From Okamejei kenojei (taxonomy: Eukaryota): a DNA stretch of 64,000 bases. The stretch is from contig CM069135.1 in NCBI GenBank assembly GCA_035221665.1, positions 39,122,001-39,186,000 on the forward strand, read 5' to 3'. How positions within the stretch are numbered: position 1 is the stretch's first letter; each line of letters starts with the position of its first letter. The notes under the pieces are model-generated. The model saw nothing but the letters and a program-made list of their open reading frames with translations, did not search any database and was not told the origin of the DNA. The translations under genes were made by a program, and so were the position numbers. This document shows positions 25,100 to 37,084 of this stretch, piece after piece.

Positions 25100-25600
25100 A
25101 GGAGAGCTGGCAATATTGAGTTTGTCCCGGAACCTCACTCTAACCTCGAGAGGAGGCACTGGCGGTCTCAGGCTTGACCTGGCAGCTCCGTCTTGGCCTC
25201 GAAAAGGGGCTGGCTGTCGTGGGCATGTTCCAGCAGTTTAGTCTTTGCCTCGATGGAGGAGGCTCAATGATGTCAGGCTTGTCCCTGCATCTTCAAAGAT
25301 TGTTTACGGCTTGTACTAGCAACTCAGTCTTGGCCTCAGAAAGGAGGCACTGGCAGTCTTGGGTCTGCCCTGGCAGCTCAATCTTGGCCTTGAACAGGAT
25401 GCGCTGGCAGTCATGGGCTTGTCTTGGCAGCTCAGTTTTTGCCTTGAAGATAAGGTACTGGTAGTCTTAGGCTTCTTCTGGTGCTTCTGTCTTTGCATTC
25501 CATGTACCATGGCCTCAAAGGAGATACTGGCTGTCTAGGGCTTGTCCTGGCAGCTCTGTCTTGACCTTAAAAGAGGCGTTGGCAGACCTGGCCTAGTCCC
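25100..25600 (+). repeat. Degenerate tandem repeat of about 54 bp
   Basis: Recurring aggaggcactggc.gtc..gggcttg.cctggcagctc.gtcttggcct unit, roughly 8 copies. Confidence 0.75.
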
Positions 25601-27859
25601 GATGGCTCTGTACTCCTCCGGGCCTGCTAAAGGGAAACATGGCTAACAAGGAGGCACCCACTTTGGCTCCGTTCTCACTTCTCCTGCTTGCTTCCTCTTC
25701 CTCTCCTGCTTCCTGCCTCTTCCTCTCCTGCTTCCTTTCTCTCATTCTTCCACTTCCTCTCCTTCTTCCTCTTCCTCTTCCACTCCTCCTTCCTCTCTCT
25801 CTCTCCTTCCTCTCTCTCTCTCTCTCCTTCCCTGGCTGCAAATGCCTTGGTTTTTAAGGGAGAGGGTGATGAGGTGCAGGTTGGCCAATCCTATAACCGT
25901 TAATTGGACACAGCGGCTGCTCCTTTGGCTTCTCCTATGTGCCAGGTGTTCTCTGGCAGGCGGGTGCTTCAGCTCCTCCTTGGCTGTCTGCCGTTAACAG
26001 GGATCAGAGTGACCAACAAGGAACAAGGCACGGTCACAATGGATATTCTCTTTTGTAAGTAGATTGCAATCCAGCACTTGTAATTCTCAAATATAATCTG
26101 CCACTTGTCACTAGTGCCAAGATGCTGTACAGGTCTAGCTTTAACTGTCAAGGTTGCTCATATTAAACTCCATCTTGATTACCACATTTGCCACAATAAT
26201 AATTTGTATCCTGATGCTGTCAGAGTTACAATCCATATAGGGATATTACTAATGGAACAAGCCTGACACAGATTTTATTCTGTGCTAAACTTTATGGTGC
26301 TAAACCTTTTGGTGCAAATTTATCAAATCCAAAGTCCAAGCTACACAAAAACAGAAGACTTTGCGAGGGCATGGATCTTAAGTCAATGTATTGTAGTGTA
26401 AACATTCAGGAGTGATTCAAACCAGTAAATGACTGCACTCTATAAACCAGAGGGCTCAACCTATTGCAAAATCAATGTAATATATATGAATAACTGGGAA
26501 AACAGACAGCAAAGCTAATATTAAAATAATTTTGAAGAACTGGAAAATAAGATATGCCATGAATATAAGATTATAATGAATGGTAGCGTTTGAACAAATG
26601 TAATGAGCAGTCTCCACAGTCTATCCTATCACTTGCAAAACTCGTGGGAAAATACATGAAATCCACATCTCACTCCGGAGATTTGTCTTTGACAGAGATA
26701 TGTTGAAATGATTATGTTTGTATTTTTCATATTTGCATTTAAGCCATAACTATTTAAATTATTTTTTACCTTTCATGCAAAATTAACTTTTCATATATGT
26801 TTATTTATATATTATTCACACTGTCTCTAAAAATATTTTACACTTGAAGATGATTAAAAAAAAACTGCATTTTAGGTCTCTGTTGCCATACAGTAAAGTT
26901 AAGTTAATTACCGGTAATTTATTTTCAACAAAATAGCTATTAAGTTGCTAGGAAATGCAAGACGTTTTCTGTTCGTTAGAATCTATGAGCTGTTAATCCT
27001 TTTGCTTTTTTCCTATTATACAAGAGATATCATTTTAATTAAATTTGTATTTCATTTAATGCTTACCTTCCTAGACAAATATATTTTATGTTGGGCAATG
27101 GGGCTCTTTTGAGAAGGAAATGAACTCAATCAGTATATTGGATTATACTCTGTATTGTCAGAAAACCTGCCTGCCCTTCCGGGATTATTAATTAGATGTG
27201 GAAGCTTGAACTCTCCTTAGAATAGAAAGATGCAACTGTCCTGTCATTTACATCAGATTTTTTTCCTTTCATATAAACCTAAGATGTCAGTTCAGAGCCA
27301 AGAGTATTCTTTTCCCATAAATATTTCGTTAGAAATATTTTAATATTTCATCATTCATAACACCCTAAATACTATCCAATAAACAAAGTACATTTTCAAA
27401 TGATATTTAGCCTTTTCATGCCATGATATTTAGCCATTTCAAAGGATGATTAAATACAGAAATTAACTTTTTGCTGTTGGCAAGAGATTGTTTGTGCCTG
27501 TTTATAAATATCTAGGTCCTTAATGAAATATACTGAGCAGTGTGAGATGTTTGTATATCCGCAAAACACAAAGTAAACACTCTTCCAAGTTCTTTTGATA
27601 AATTATTTCAAGTACCTTTTCAAAGAAGTAATAAGTGTTATTAACTGCCATTGAAGTTCTAACTCTTCTGGCAAAGAATATTAATTACAAATCTCGTAGA
27701 ATTTATTCATATTTTAATGGAGGTCATTGTTTTAAGTTGTGCATGAACGGGGGGAATGTGATCATTGCCACAGTGAGTCATCCAAGCCTCACCTGATAAT
27801 TTGGCAGGTCACAATTCACCAGAAGTCAACAATCTGCTCCTTTCAACATTATTACTATC

Positions 27860-28331
27860 AGCGATAGACACAAAATGCTGGAATAACCCAGCGGGACAGG
27901 CAGCATCTTTGGAAAGAAGGAATGGGTGACGTTTCGGGTCGAGACCCTTCCTCAGACTGAGAGTCAAGGGGGATGGACACAGATAAGGAAGGGCAAGGTG
28001 TGAAAACAAGACATCAAAAGAGATGCACATCAAGAAAAATGTAGAATATATCATTGTTAGCTAAGAGAAGGTGACAAACCGAACAGAGATAAACTGTAAT
28101 TGGAGAAGCCAGGCTGGTTGGAGAACTGGGAAGGGGGAGGGATGGAGAGAGAGGAAAAGCATGGGTTACTTGGCAAGGGTTACCCAGAGAAGTCAATGTT
28201 CATACTGCTGGGGTGTAAGCTACCCAAGCGAAATATGAGGTGCTGTTCCTCCAATTTGCACTGGGCCTCACTCTGACAATGGAGGCATCCCAGGACAGAA
28301 AGGTCAGTGTGGGAATGGGAGGGGAGTTAAA
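27860..28331 (-). mobile_element. Penelope-like element 3' end: GIY-YIG C-terminal coding remnant (28180-28331) plus pLTR
   Basis: Manual translation SHSHTDLSVLGCLHCQSEAQCKLEEQHLIFRLGSLHPSSMNIDFSG* resembles the PLE endonuclease C-terminus. Confidence 0.8.
27924..27957 (-). ncRNA. Minimal type I hammerhead-ribozyme-like motif in PLE pLTR
   Basis: Minus strand gu-CUGAGGA-a-GGGU-cucg-ACCC-GAAAC-GUC-accc: conserved core, 4-bp stem II and palindromic ACGU helix III; helix I is weak. Confidence 0.6.
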
Positions 28332-29067
28332 TCAGGCTGCTGATTTAAACCAGCATTCAACTGCTTGGTTAGATTTAATGCCCAGCATTTGGAGATGAGA
28401 TTGACAGAATTAATCCATCAGCCAGCAGAGACTTGCTGGATCGAAATACCTCTACTTATTTCTTAAAAATATGAAATATGATAAATACAAAATGATAACA
28501 CTGAAAATGCATTAAATTGCATTCTTATTAAACATTTACTTTAAAAACAATTAATTGACAGCCCCCTTGCGATAAAAAAGATAGTAAAATCCAATCATGA
28601 CGGACAAAGCTAAGTCTGAGAACATGTTATTCTTAAACCAGTTGTCGCAAATTATGCACCATTGTGTTTGATGGACACAGAAATCCTTTAAGTTGATTAA
28701 TTTTCTTTCCCATGGATTATACACAGCCCTTGAATCTTTTGCCTAGTTCTGAGCTGTGTGTTAATCCTTATTAACTTTCAGAAACATCAGTTATATTCAG
28801 TTATCAAAATAAACTTTAGTTACGTTTCCATCCATGGAATAGAGAACTAAATCAAAATCACTAACATCAATAATTAACATGCTCAGATTTCACTGTAACT
28901 ATTGCATTTTTTTTCATGCAATCACACATTCTTTACTCTATTTCAACCTGTGCTTTTTTTAAAACGTTTTTTTCCCCATTTGATCAGCACTGAGATACCA
29001 CAGTCTAGCACAACAGAAAAATACATGGAAGATAGACATAAAATGTAAGTTAAGTAAGTAAGTAAGT

Positions 29068-30363
29068 CAGCATGGATTTACGAAAGGTAAATTATGTCTG
29101 ACGAATCTTATAGAATTTTTCGAGGATGTAACTAGTAGAGTGGATAAGGGAGAACCAGTGGATGTGTTATATCTGGACATTCAGAAGGCTTTCGACAAGG
29201 TCCCACATAAGATATTAGTATGCAAACTTAAAGCACACAGTATTGGGGGTTCAGTAGTGATGTGGATAGAGAACTGGCTGGCAGACAGGAAGCAAAGAGT
29301 AGGGGTAAACGGGTCCTTTTCAGAATGGCAGGCAGTGACTAGTGGGGTACCGCAAGATTCAGTGCTGGGACCCCAGCTATTTACAATATATATTAATGAT
29401 CTGGATGAGGGAATTGAATGCAACATCTCCTGGTTTGCGGATGACATAAAGCTGGGGGGCAGTGTTAGCTGTGAGGAGGCTGCTAGGAGGCTGCAAGGTG
29501 ACTTGAATAGGTTGGGTGAGTGGGCAAATGCATAGCAGATGCAGTATAATGTGGATAAATGTGAGGTTATCCACTTTGGTGGCAAAAACAGGAAAGTAGA
29601 CTATTATCTGAATGGTGGCTGATTAGGAAAAGGGGAGATGCAACGAGACCTGGGTGTCATGGTACACCAGTCATTGAAAGTAGGCATGCAGGTGCAGCAG
29701 GCAGTGAAGAAAGCAAATGGTATGTTAGCATTCATAGCAAAAGGATTTGAGTATAAGAGCAGGGAGGTTCTACTGCAGTTTTCCAGGGTCTTGGTGAGAC
29801 CACACCTGGAGTATTGCATAGAGTTTTGGTCTCCTAATCTGAGGAAAGACATTCTTGCCATAGAGGTAGTACAAAGAAGGTTCACCAAACTGATTCCTGG
29901 GATGGCAGGACTTTCATATGAAGAAAGACTGGATAGACTCGGCTTGTACTCGCTAGAATTTAGAAGATTGAGGGGGGATCTTATAGAAATTTACAAAATT
30001 CTTAAGGGGTTGGACAGGCTAGATGCAGGAAGATTGTTCCCGATGTTGGGGAAGTCCAGAACAAGGGGTCACAGTTTAAGGATAAGGGGGAAGTCTTTTA
30101 GGACCGAGATGAGAAAAGCATTTTTCACACAGAGAGTGGTGAATCTGTGGAATTCTCTGCCACAGAAGGTAGTTGAGGCCAGTTCATTGGCTATATTTAA
30201 GAGGGAGTTAGATGTGGCCCTTGTGGCTAAAGGGATCAGGGGGTATGGAGAGAAGGCAGGTACAGGATACTGAGTTGGATGATCAACCATGATCATATTG
30301 AATGGCGGTGCAGGCTCAAAGGGCTGAATGGCCTACTCCTGCACCTATTTTCTATGTTTCTAT
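29068..30363 (+). mobile_element. CR1 LINE, 5'-truncated, inserted in the tail of a Rex1 element
   Basis: ORFs 29140-29535 (FADD) and 29638-30273; (ttctatgt)n tail. Confidence 0.95.
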
Positions 30364-31771
30364 GTAAGTTTATTGGCCAAGTATTCACATACAAGGAATT
30401 TGTCTTGGTGCTCCGCCCACAAGTAACAACATGACATACAGTGACAGTTATGAATGACTCAGAAAACACTAAACATTAATAATAATAAAACATTAATGAT
30501 AAAACACCATTGATCAAGCATGTGAACCAACAAAATACCAGATCAAAGGGAGGCTACAGATTTTTGGCTGTTGAGTAGAGCAACTGCTCGTGGATAAAAA
30601 CTGTTTTTATGTCTGGCTGTGGCAGCTTTGACAGTCCAGATTTGCCTTCCAGAGGGAAGTGATTCAAAGAGTTTGTTGCCAGGGTGAGAGGGGTCAGAGA
30701 TGATCTTGCCCGCTCGCTTCCTGGCCCTTGCAGTGTACAGTTCATCAATGGAGGGATGGTTGCAGCCAATAATCTTCTCTGCTGATCGGACGATTCACTG
30801 CAGCCTCCAGGTGTTGTGCTTGGTGGCTGAGCCAAACCAGACCATGATGGAGAAGGTGAGAACAGACTCTACGATGGCCGTATAGAATTGGACCATCATT
30901 GCCTGTGGCAGATTGTGCTCCCTCAGCTGCCGCAGGAAGTACATCCTCTGTTGTGCCTTTTTGACTGTGGAGCGATGGTAGCACCCCACTTAAGGTCCTT
31001 TGAGATGATGGTTCCCAGGAACTTAAAAGACTCCAGAGATGTGACTGTGGTGTTGTTGATGGTGAGTGGGGTGAGGGGAGGGGGAGCTCTCCTAAAGTCT
31101 ACAATCAATTCCACTATTGTTGCTACGGCACCAGGACGCCAGCTGTGACACTTCCTGTCTGTAGGCAGATTCCTCCCCATCGTGGATCAGTCCAATCAGG
31201 GTTGTGTCATCCGCAAACTTGACTAGCTTGACAGAGATGTCTGTGGAGGTGCAGTTGTTGGTGTAGAGAGAGTAGAGGAGAAGAGAGAATACGCAGCCTT
31301 GTGGTGCTCCTATGCTGAGTGTTTGCGGGTCCGAGATGTGCTTTCCCAGCCTCACATGCTGCTTCCTGATTGTCAGGAAGTTGGTGATCCACTGACAAAG
31401 GGGTTCAGGCACAGTCAACTCAGAAAGTTTGGAGTGTAGTAGCTCTGGCACAATGGTGTTGAATGCAGACCTAAAATCAACAAACAGGATCCTCGCATAG
31501 GTCCCCTGGCTGTCTAGGTGCTGAAGGATGAAGTGCAGGCCCAGGTTGACTGCATCATCCACAGATCTATGGGCCCGATATGCAAACTGCAGAGGGTTCA
31601 GCAGGGAGTTTGTGATATTTTTCAGCTCGGCCAGCACAAGCCTTTCGAATGTCTTCATGACTACAAAGGTCAGTGCGACATGCCTGTAGTCATTAAGACA
31701 AGTAATCCTTGACTTTTTGGGTACAGGGACAATAGTGGAGACTTTGAAGCAGGCAGGGACAGTACATGTTC
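30364..31771 (-). mobile_element. Rex1/Babar-type LINE, 5'-truncated; (ACTT)n tail split off to 29045-29067
   Basis: PLQFAYR..RSVDDA, GAPQGCV and [12 protein letters not shown] in ORF 31092-31658. Confidence 0.9.
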
Positions 31772-32380
31772 CTGGAGTAACTTAGCTGGTCAGACAGCAT
31801 CTCTGTAGAAAAATAATTGGTGGTTCAGGTGAGAGAGAAACAAGTGGTATGAAAAGGTACAAAGAACAAGTCATGAAAAGAACAGAGAACTTCTTCAAAG
31901 TAGCCATACCTAGAGTTGATTTTGCAGTAGAGCAGACAACATGTGTGGAAAGGAACTACAGATGCTGGTTTACACCGAAGATAAACACAAAATGCTGGGG
32001 AAACTCAGCGGGTCTGGCAACATTTCTGGAGAAAGGGAATAGGTGATGCTTTGGATCGAGATCCTTCTTCAGACTGAGGGTCAGAGGAGAAGAAAACTCG
32101 AGGTACGAAAAGGTACAAAGAAAAAATGAATGAGAGGTATGAAAAGAACAAAGAACTTTTTCCAAGTCGCCATACCTTGAGATTTCACAGTGGAGTCGAC
32201 AAAATGAGCAGGAAGGAACTTCAGATACTGGCTTACACCGAAGATAGACACCAAATGCTGGAGTTATTCAGTGGGTCAGGCAGCATCTCTGGAGAAAAAG
32301 AATAGGTGGCGTTTCGGGTCAAAACCCTTCTTTAGACTGAGGGTCATGAGAGAGGGAAACTAGAGGTATGAAAACATGGA
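31772..32380 (-). mobile_element. Tandem array of three PLE pLTR fragments
   Basis: Repeated ggaact.cagat.ctgg.ttacaccgaagata...cagcatctct units with degenerate hammerhead motifs near 32050 and 32310. Confidence 0.75.
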
Positions 32381-33799
32381 ATTGGTTAATAGTCTATGAG
32401 TATTTTGAAAGTCACAGGCAGAATCCTTGAGTAAAATGAATGAAATGTAAGTTTTGTATGGTTGAAATTTATTGTAAATGATGGTGAGGACGATTTTCCA
32501 GAAAGGCCCTCTGGATTATTTTCTTTCAGTTTTTAGTCAGTCCATACCCTTTAATGCAGCCCAGCCGGTTTGAACTGGAAAGGGCTGACTGTTCAACATC
32601 ATCAGTACGACAAAGCTCAACATAATGAACAGCACATTGTCTATCCTTCCTGCTAAACTATGTCTGCTGCCCTTAAAAAAGATTCGCACCATTCTGCCAG
32701 GATTATATTACAGTAAAAGTAGAAAATGGATCTGTCATTTTGTATGAAAATTAATGTGGTTATCATCTGGAGAGACGGCTTACAGAGAATGAAACAGCAT
32801 CCGAGATGGGCAGGCACAGCTGAACATTAAACACAATCATTTTCTATTTTTGAGGCAAACAGAATCACACCAAACTTGTTAAACCAAGCACGGAAAGCTC
32901 TTTTGATTTCTGTGTCTCTGGTTCGAATATGCAGACTATTACATTTGCTAATATAGCACCAGCTTTAGAAATGAAAGCATGACACAATGTAAGAGCTACC
33001 TGAAGAGGAGAAGAGAAGAATATTACTTGGAATGCACTGCCTGAAAAGGTGTTGGAAGCAGATTTAGTAGTAATTTTCAAACGGGAATGAATAAATAACT
33101 AGAAAGGGAAAAAAAAAGGCATTGTTGAAAAACTGGGCTTTTGAGACAAATCTGAATGCTCTTTCAAAATGCTGTTATAGACATGACAGGCTGAATGGGC
33201 TTCTATACAATGCCATAATCATCCAAGATAACATTTAAATAAGTATCAGAGAGGGTTTTTTTTAATTATTTTTTTGATTACTGTTAAAATAAGGCTGGAT
33301 TAAATGATTAGAAATTAAAGTAGAGTTTAAAAATGCTCATTATAAGGAGATGGGTCAAAATGTTAAGATTGGCAAATTGGTCAGTGTAATCAAATATTTG
33401 GGAATTTTCCCAACTGAAAACAATTTCTACAACTGAAAACAATTTGAATTTTGATTGTAACGTTGGGATAGGTAAACATCCCAATGAGGCTAGCAGAAGT
33501 GCAATCGGTTCAACATTCAGACTGAACCAAGAATGTTAGTGGGTGCACAAAGCTCACCTTAATCTTCTTTCCAATAAATCATATTATTCTTAGTTAGTAT
33601 TCTCAGCATAACACAATGAACTAAAGTCTCTGCGACCTTTCCTTAAATCTTTCCGTGATTGTCTTCTACCTAGTATCTATAGTTAGGTTCAGTGATTCAG
33701 GCATTGTCTCTTCAGTGCTTTAAATAGTGCCACTTCTCATCTCTTGGATCCTTTTAATATAGAACTATTTACCTAAAATACCCCATTTGCGTCAGCAGC

Positions 33800-34380
33800 C
33801 ACAGTTATGGAGAATATGTGGAATTTGTTGCCGCAATTGGCTGTGGTGGCCAAGTCAATGGATATTTTTAAGGCGGAGATTCTTGATTAGTAAGGGTGTC
33901 AGGGGTTTTGGGGCGAAGGCAGGCATTGAGAGGGAAAGATAGATCAGCCATAATTGAATGGAAGTGTAGACTTAATGGGCTGAATGAACTAATTCTGCTC
34001 CTAGAACTTATGAACATAAATTTCTGCAAGATTTTTCCTTGTTCTTCCATTGTAATTTTAGCAGGAGATCCCCAACCCCCCCCCCCCCCCCCAAACAATG
34101 CAAAGTTAATCTAAAATTTCGAAGACAATTCTGTTTAAATTATAGCAGGCAGCAAGCGTTATAAATTCATAAGTTCAAATCACCTATTCATAAATGATAG
34201 GAGCAGTATTAGGCCATTTGGCCCATCAAGCCTACTCTGCCATTCAATCATGGTTGATCTATCTTTCCCTCTCAACCCCATTTTCCTGCCATCTCCCCAT
34301 AACCCCTGACACCCTTTCTAATCAAGAATCTATCTATCTCTGCCTTAATAATAGCCATTGACTTAGTCCACAGCCGTCTG
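33800..34380. mobile_element. Two short CR1 3' fragments in opposite orientations
   Basis: 33800-34020 (+) and 34180-34380 (-) match CR1 3'UTR sequence. Confidence 0.7.
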
Positions 34381-36290
34381 ATCCGTTATGATCTCTGATG
34401 TTTACAAAACTTGACCAAATATAAGTGAGCAATCTGGAGCCCTGTATGATAGTTCAGCTGAATGGCACGGAGACATTGATACTGGATTAATCCCAATCCA
34501 TTGCTCCTACTCCAGGCTGCATGCCAACTAAATGTTGCGTGCTAATTAACACAATGACATCCTGCAGTGTGCTAAGTGGAGTCTGGGCTAACTGCACTGT
34601 TTTGTGTAGCTGGATACCGAAGAAGAGAGCTAATGTCATGATTATCGACCATTGTTTAAAATCATTCTGCACCTCTTAAAGGGGAAGTACTGTACATGCT
34701 AGCTGCAACAGAGCTCATGTTTCAGTGAGGGAGTTCTTGGTAAGATGAGGATGATTCACACATTGTTCCTCACTGAACTTCCTGGATAGAAATGGGAATA
34801 TCCTTAGTTAAAATGATTTCTCCTCTTTATTCTCCTCTCTTTCCCTTCATCTTGTCCATTTGGCATGGCTCTGCAGATTCTCTGAGACATTTATTCCTCG
34901 GAGATTTGCTACCTTCTCACCCGTGTATAGGAGGAACCAATTTATGCAGAGGTCTTGAACTTTTTCACCAGATGGGCCTCTTCATAGACTTTGACACTGA
35001 ACAGAACTCAGAAAGCACCAATCATTTGTACAATCACTGCAACCAGGGCCGGCCTTAGGAGGTGCGGGGCCTAATTGGGAACAATTTTGGTGAGCCCCTG
35101 GTTCCCAGCCAAGGTCTGTAGAATCATAGAAATACAAATAAAGTCTATTATAGACTTCATATCTCTATGGTAGAATGGAAAGTAATCAAAATGTGCGCTT
35201 AAAAAGTGCCTGCGAGTTAATGGACCAAATAGATCTAAGCTACATTTCAATATAAAGTTGCATACATGTAAGCCTACAAGTAACCATCAAAATGTGTAGA
35301 TCACCTCTGAAAAGTACATAGTTACAATACCACTTGTTTTAGTGACTGTGAAATGAAAAAAAAAAATAACTAGATCCTGGAAAACCAATAACTATTGGTG
35401 AAAAAGCAGTCCAGGCATTACATTTTGGGCTTCAGTCCCATCCTACCCTTTGGGCTTCTACCCCATCTAAACTTAGATGTCAGTGTCTGTGTCTTAGTTG
35501 TGTGTATGTTAGCTGTCTGTGTGTGATGTGTGCGTTAGTTGTGAAGGGAAGGAGAGAAGGGAGGGAGGGAAGAAGGGAAGGGAGGAGGGAAGAAGGGAAG
35601 GGAGGGAGGGAAGAGAAAGAGAGAAGGGAGTGAGGGGGCCGGCAGCGGGAACAGATGCCGGGGTCCAGGCGGATGGGTGTGAGCTGAGGCCGAGGTTTGT
35701 AAACACTGCTCCAACCCCCGGCCCGGCCATCCCTGTATTGTTCACTGCGTCTCCCCATGGAGATAGAGGGGTGGAACCGGGGCTGTGTGTGTGAAGCACG
35801 GCGACTGGAGGAGTGGGAGCGCTGCCCCGGGACCGTGAGGGAACGACCTACCTCCTCCTTCTCCATTCCCCCTCACACCCCTTCCCCGTCTACCCCTTTC
35901 TTCCCCCTCCACCCCCCTAATCTCTCTCCACCCCTCTCCACCCCCCTCCACCTGGGGTAGATCTACCTGAGCTGAGAGTACATTACTCGAAAGCAAAGCT
36001 GAGAGATTGAAGGATAGACACAAAATGCAGCGGGTCAAGCGGCATTTCTGGACAAAAGGAATAGGTGACATTTCGGGTCGAGACCCGTCTTCAGACTGAG
36101 TCAGGGGAAAGAGGAACTCAAGCCACCACCACCCACCCCCACCCCCCCCCCCCCCCCCTCCCTCCGACACAGACATGGAGTGATCGCCGGCGCCCCCCTT
36201 TCTTTTGGTAACCATCGGGGGTTTTTTCCTTCGGAAAAATCCTTCAGGTTTTCAGGAAATTCTTTGGGTTTTTTTTTATTTCCCCCTTAC

Positions 36291-36395
36291 CATTTCCGTA
36301 CTTTTTCCATAGCTGCCATGACCCGTTTGATGTCATCCTTCGCCCTGCTCCTCAAAGCTGCTCCTGGTCTCGGCCCGCACCGATCTGCCGGACAT
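36291..36395 (-). pseudogene. BCL7A: Captured, frameshifted exon 1 of BCL7A (BAF/SWI-SNF subunit)
   Basis: ACC-ATG then [12 protein letters not shown][13-bp insertion][19 protein letters not shown]|gtaag. Removing the insertion gives 92 coding nt before the donor, as in BCL7A exon 1. KRVM favours BCL7A over BCL7B/C. Confidence 0.9.
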
Positions 36396-36402
36396 GGTGT
36401 GT

Positions 36403-36433
<31 letters not shown>
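36396..36433 (+). repeat. (TG)n microsatellite in the captured 5'UTR
   Basis: Direct reading. Confidence 0.95.
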
Positions 36434-36434
<1 letters not shown>

Positions 36435-37084
36435 TTGGCGGAGACTGAGGGGAGAAGCGCCAGCAGCAAGAGCGAGCGATCGTGCGGTCAGACGGTCGAA
36501 AGCAATGATGGTTAAGTTATGCCTCTCGCAGCATTGCGGGAGAACAGTTGCGGAGATCTAGGATCTTTTGATAACTCTAGCACGGGGCTCCCTTAGGCGC
36601 GGGGCCCAATTGGTAGCAATCGGTCCAATCGGCTTAAAGCCGGCCCTGACTGCAACAGTCAACAAAAATAAACTGGTCAACTATACTTAAACAATTGTGA
36701 CTCTCAGTTTCTGCCTGGATCTAACCTGATGCAGTATCTGAAGTCTCAAGGAGGGACCATGCTCTGGAGGGACGCTTCATTCTTGCTTTCAAATTCACAT
36801 CTTCATTGGTAAAGTCCACGAGAATAATAGCTGGGAAGTTGCCTGCAGCGAGAGACAATTTCAGAATTGCATTCGAGGAAATCCTGAGCTTGGTGGCATC
36901 AGTACAGAGGCATATTGGCCAGATTAGCTCTGTCTTTCTCAGCACTGTTGCTTTTTGACCCGCTAAATATTTATAGCATTCTCTGTTCTTACTTTGATGC
37001 TTCACCTGGAATACAAGAGAATACAAATTGGTTTTCTGTGTTTCATCAACATGGTGGGCACCAAGAAGTCCTTAAGGAACAAAA

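Larger units (their letters stand above)
35044..36648. mobile_element. Non-autonomous hAT DNA transposon carrying host sequence (Pack-TIR)
   Basis: TIRs cagggccggccttagg and (reverse complement) cagggccggctttaag; perfect 8-bp TSD actgcaac at 35036-35043 and 36649-36656; subterminal gcggggcc.aattgg motifs at both ends; no transposase. Confidence 0.9.

Noticed and set aside
27060-27225. Minus-strand exon candidate ending aag|gtaagc
   Set aside because: All three frames from the candidate acceptor contain stops; at most non-coding, and unsupported.
36291-36395. Functional endogenous BCL7A gene
   Set aside because: Frameshifted, enclosed by TIRs with a perfect TSD, and I found no exon 2 downstream on the minus strand by eye.
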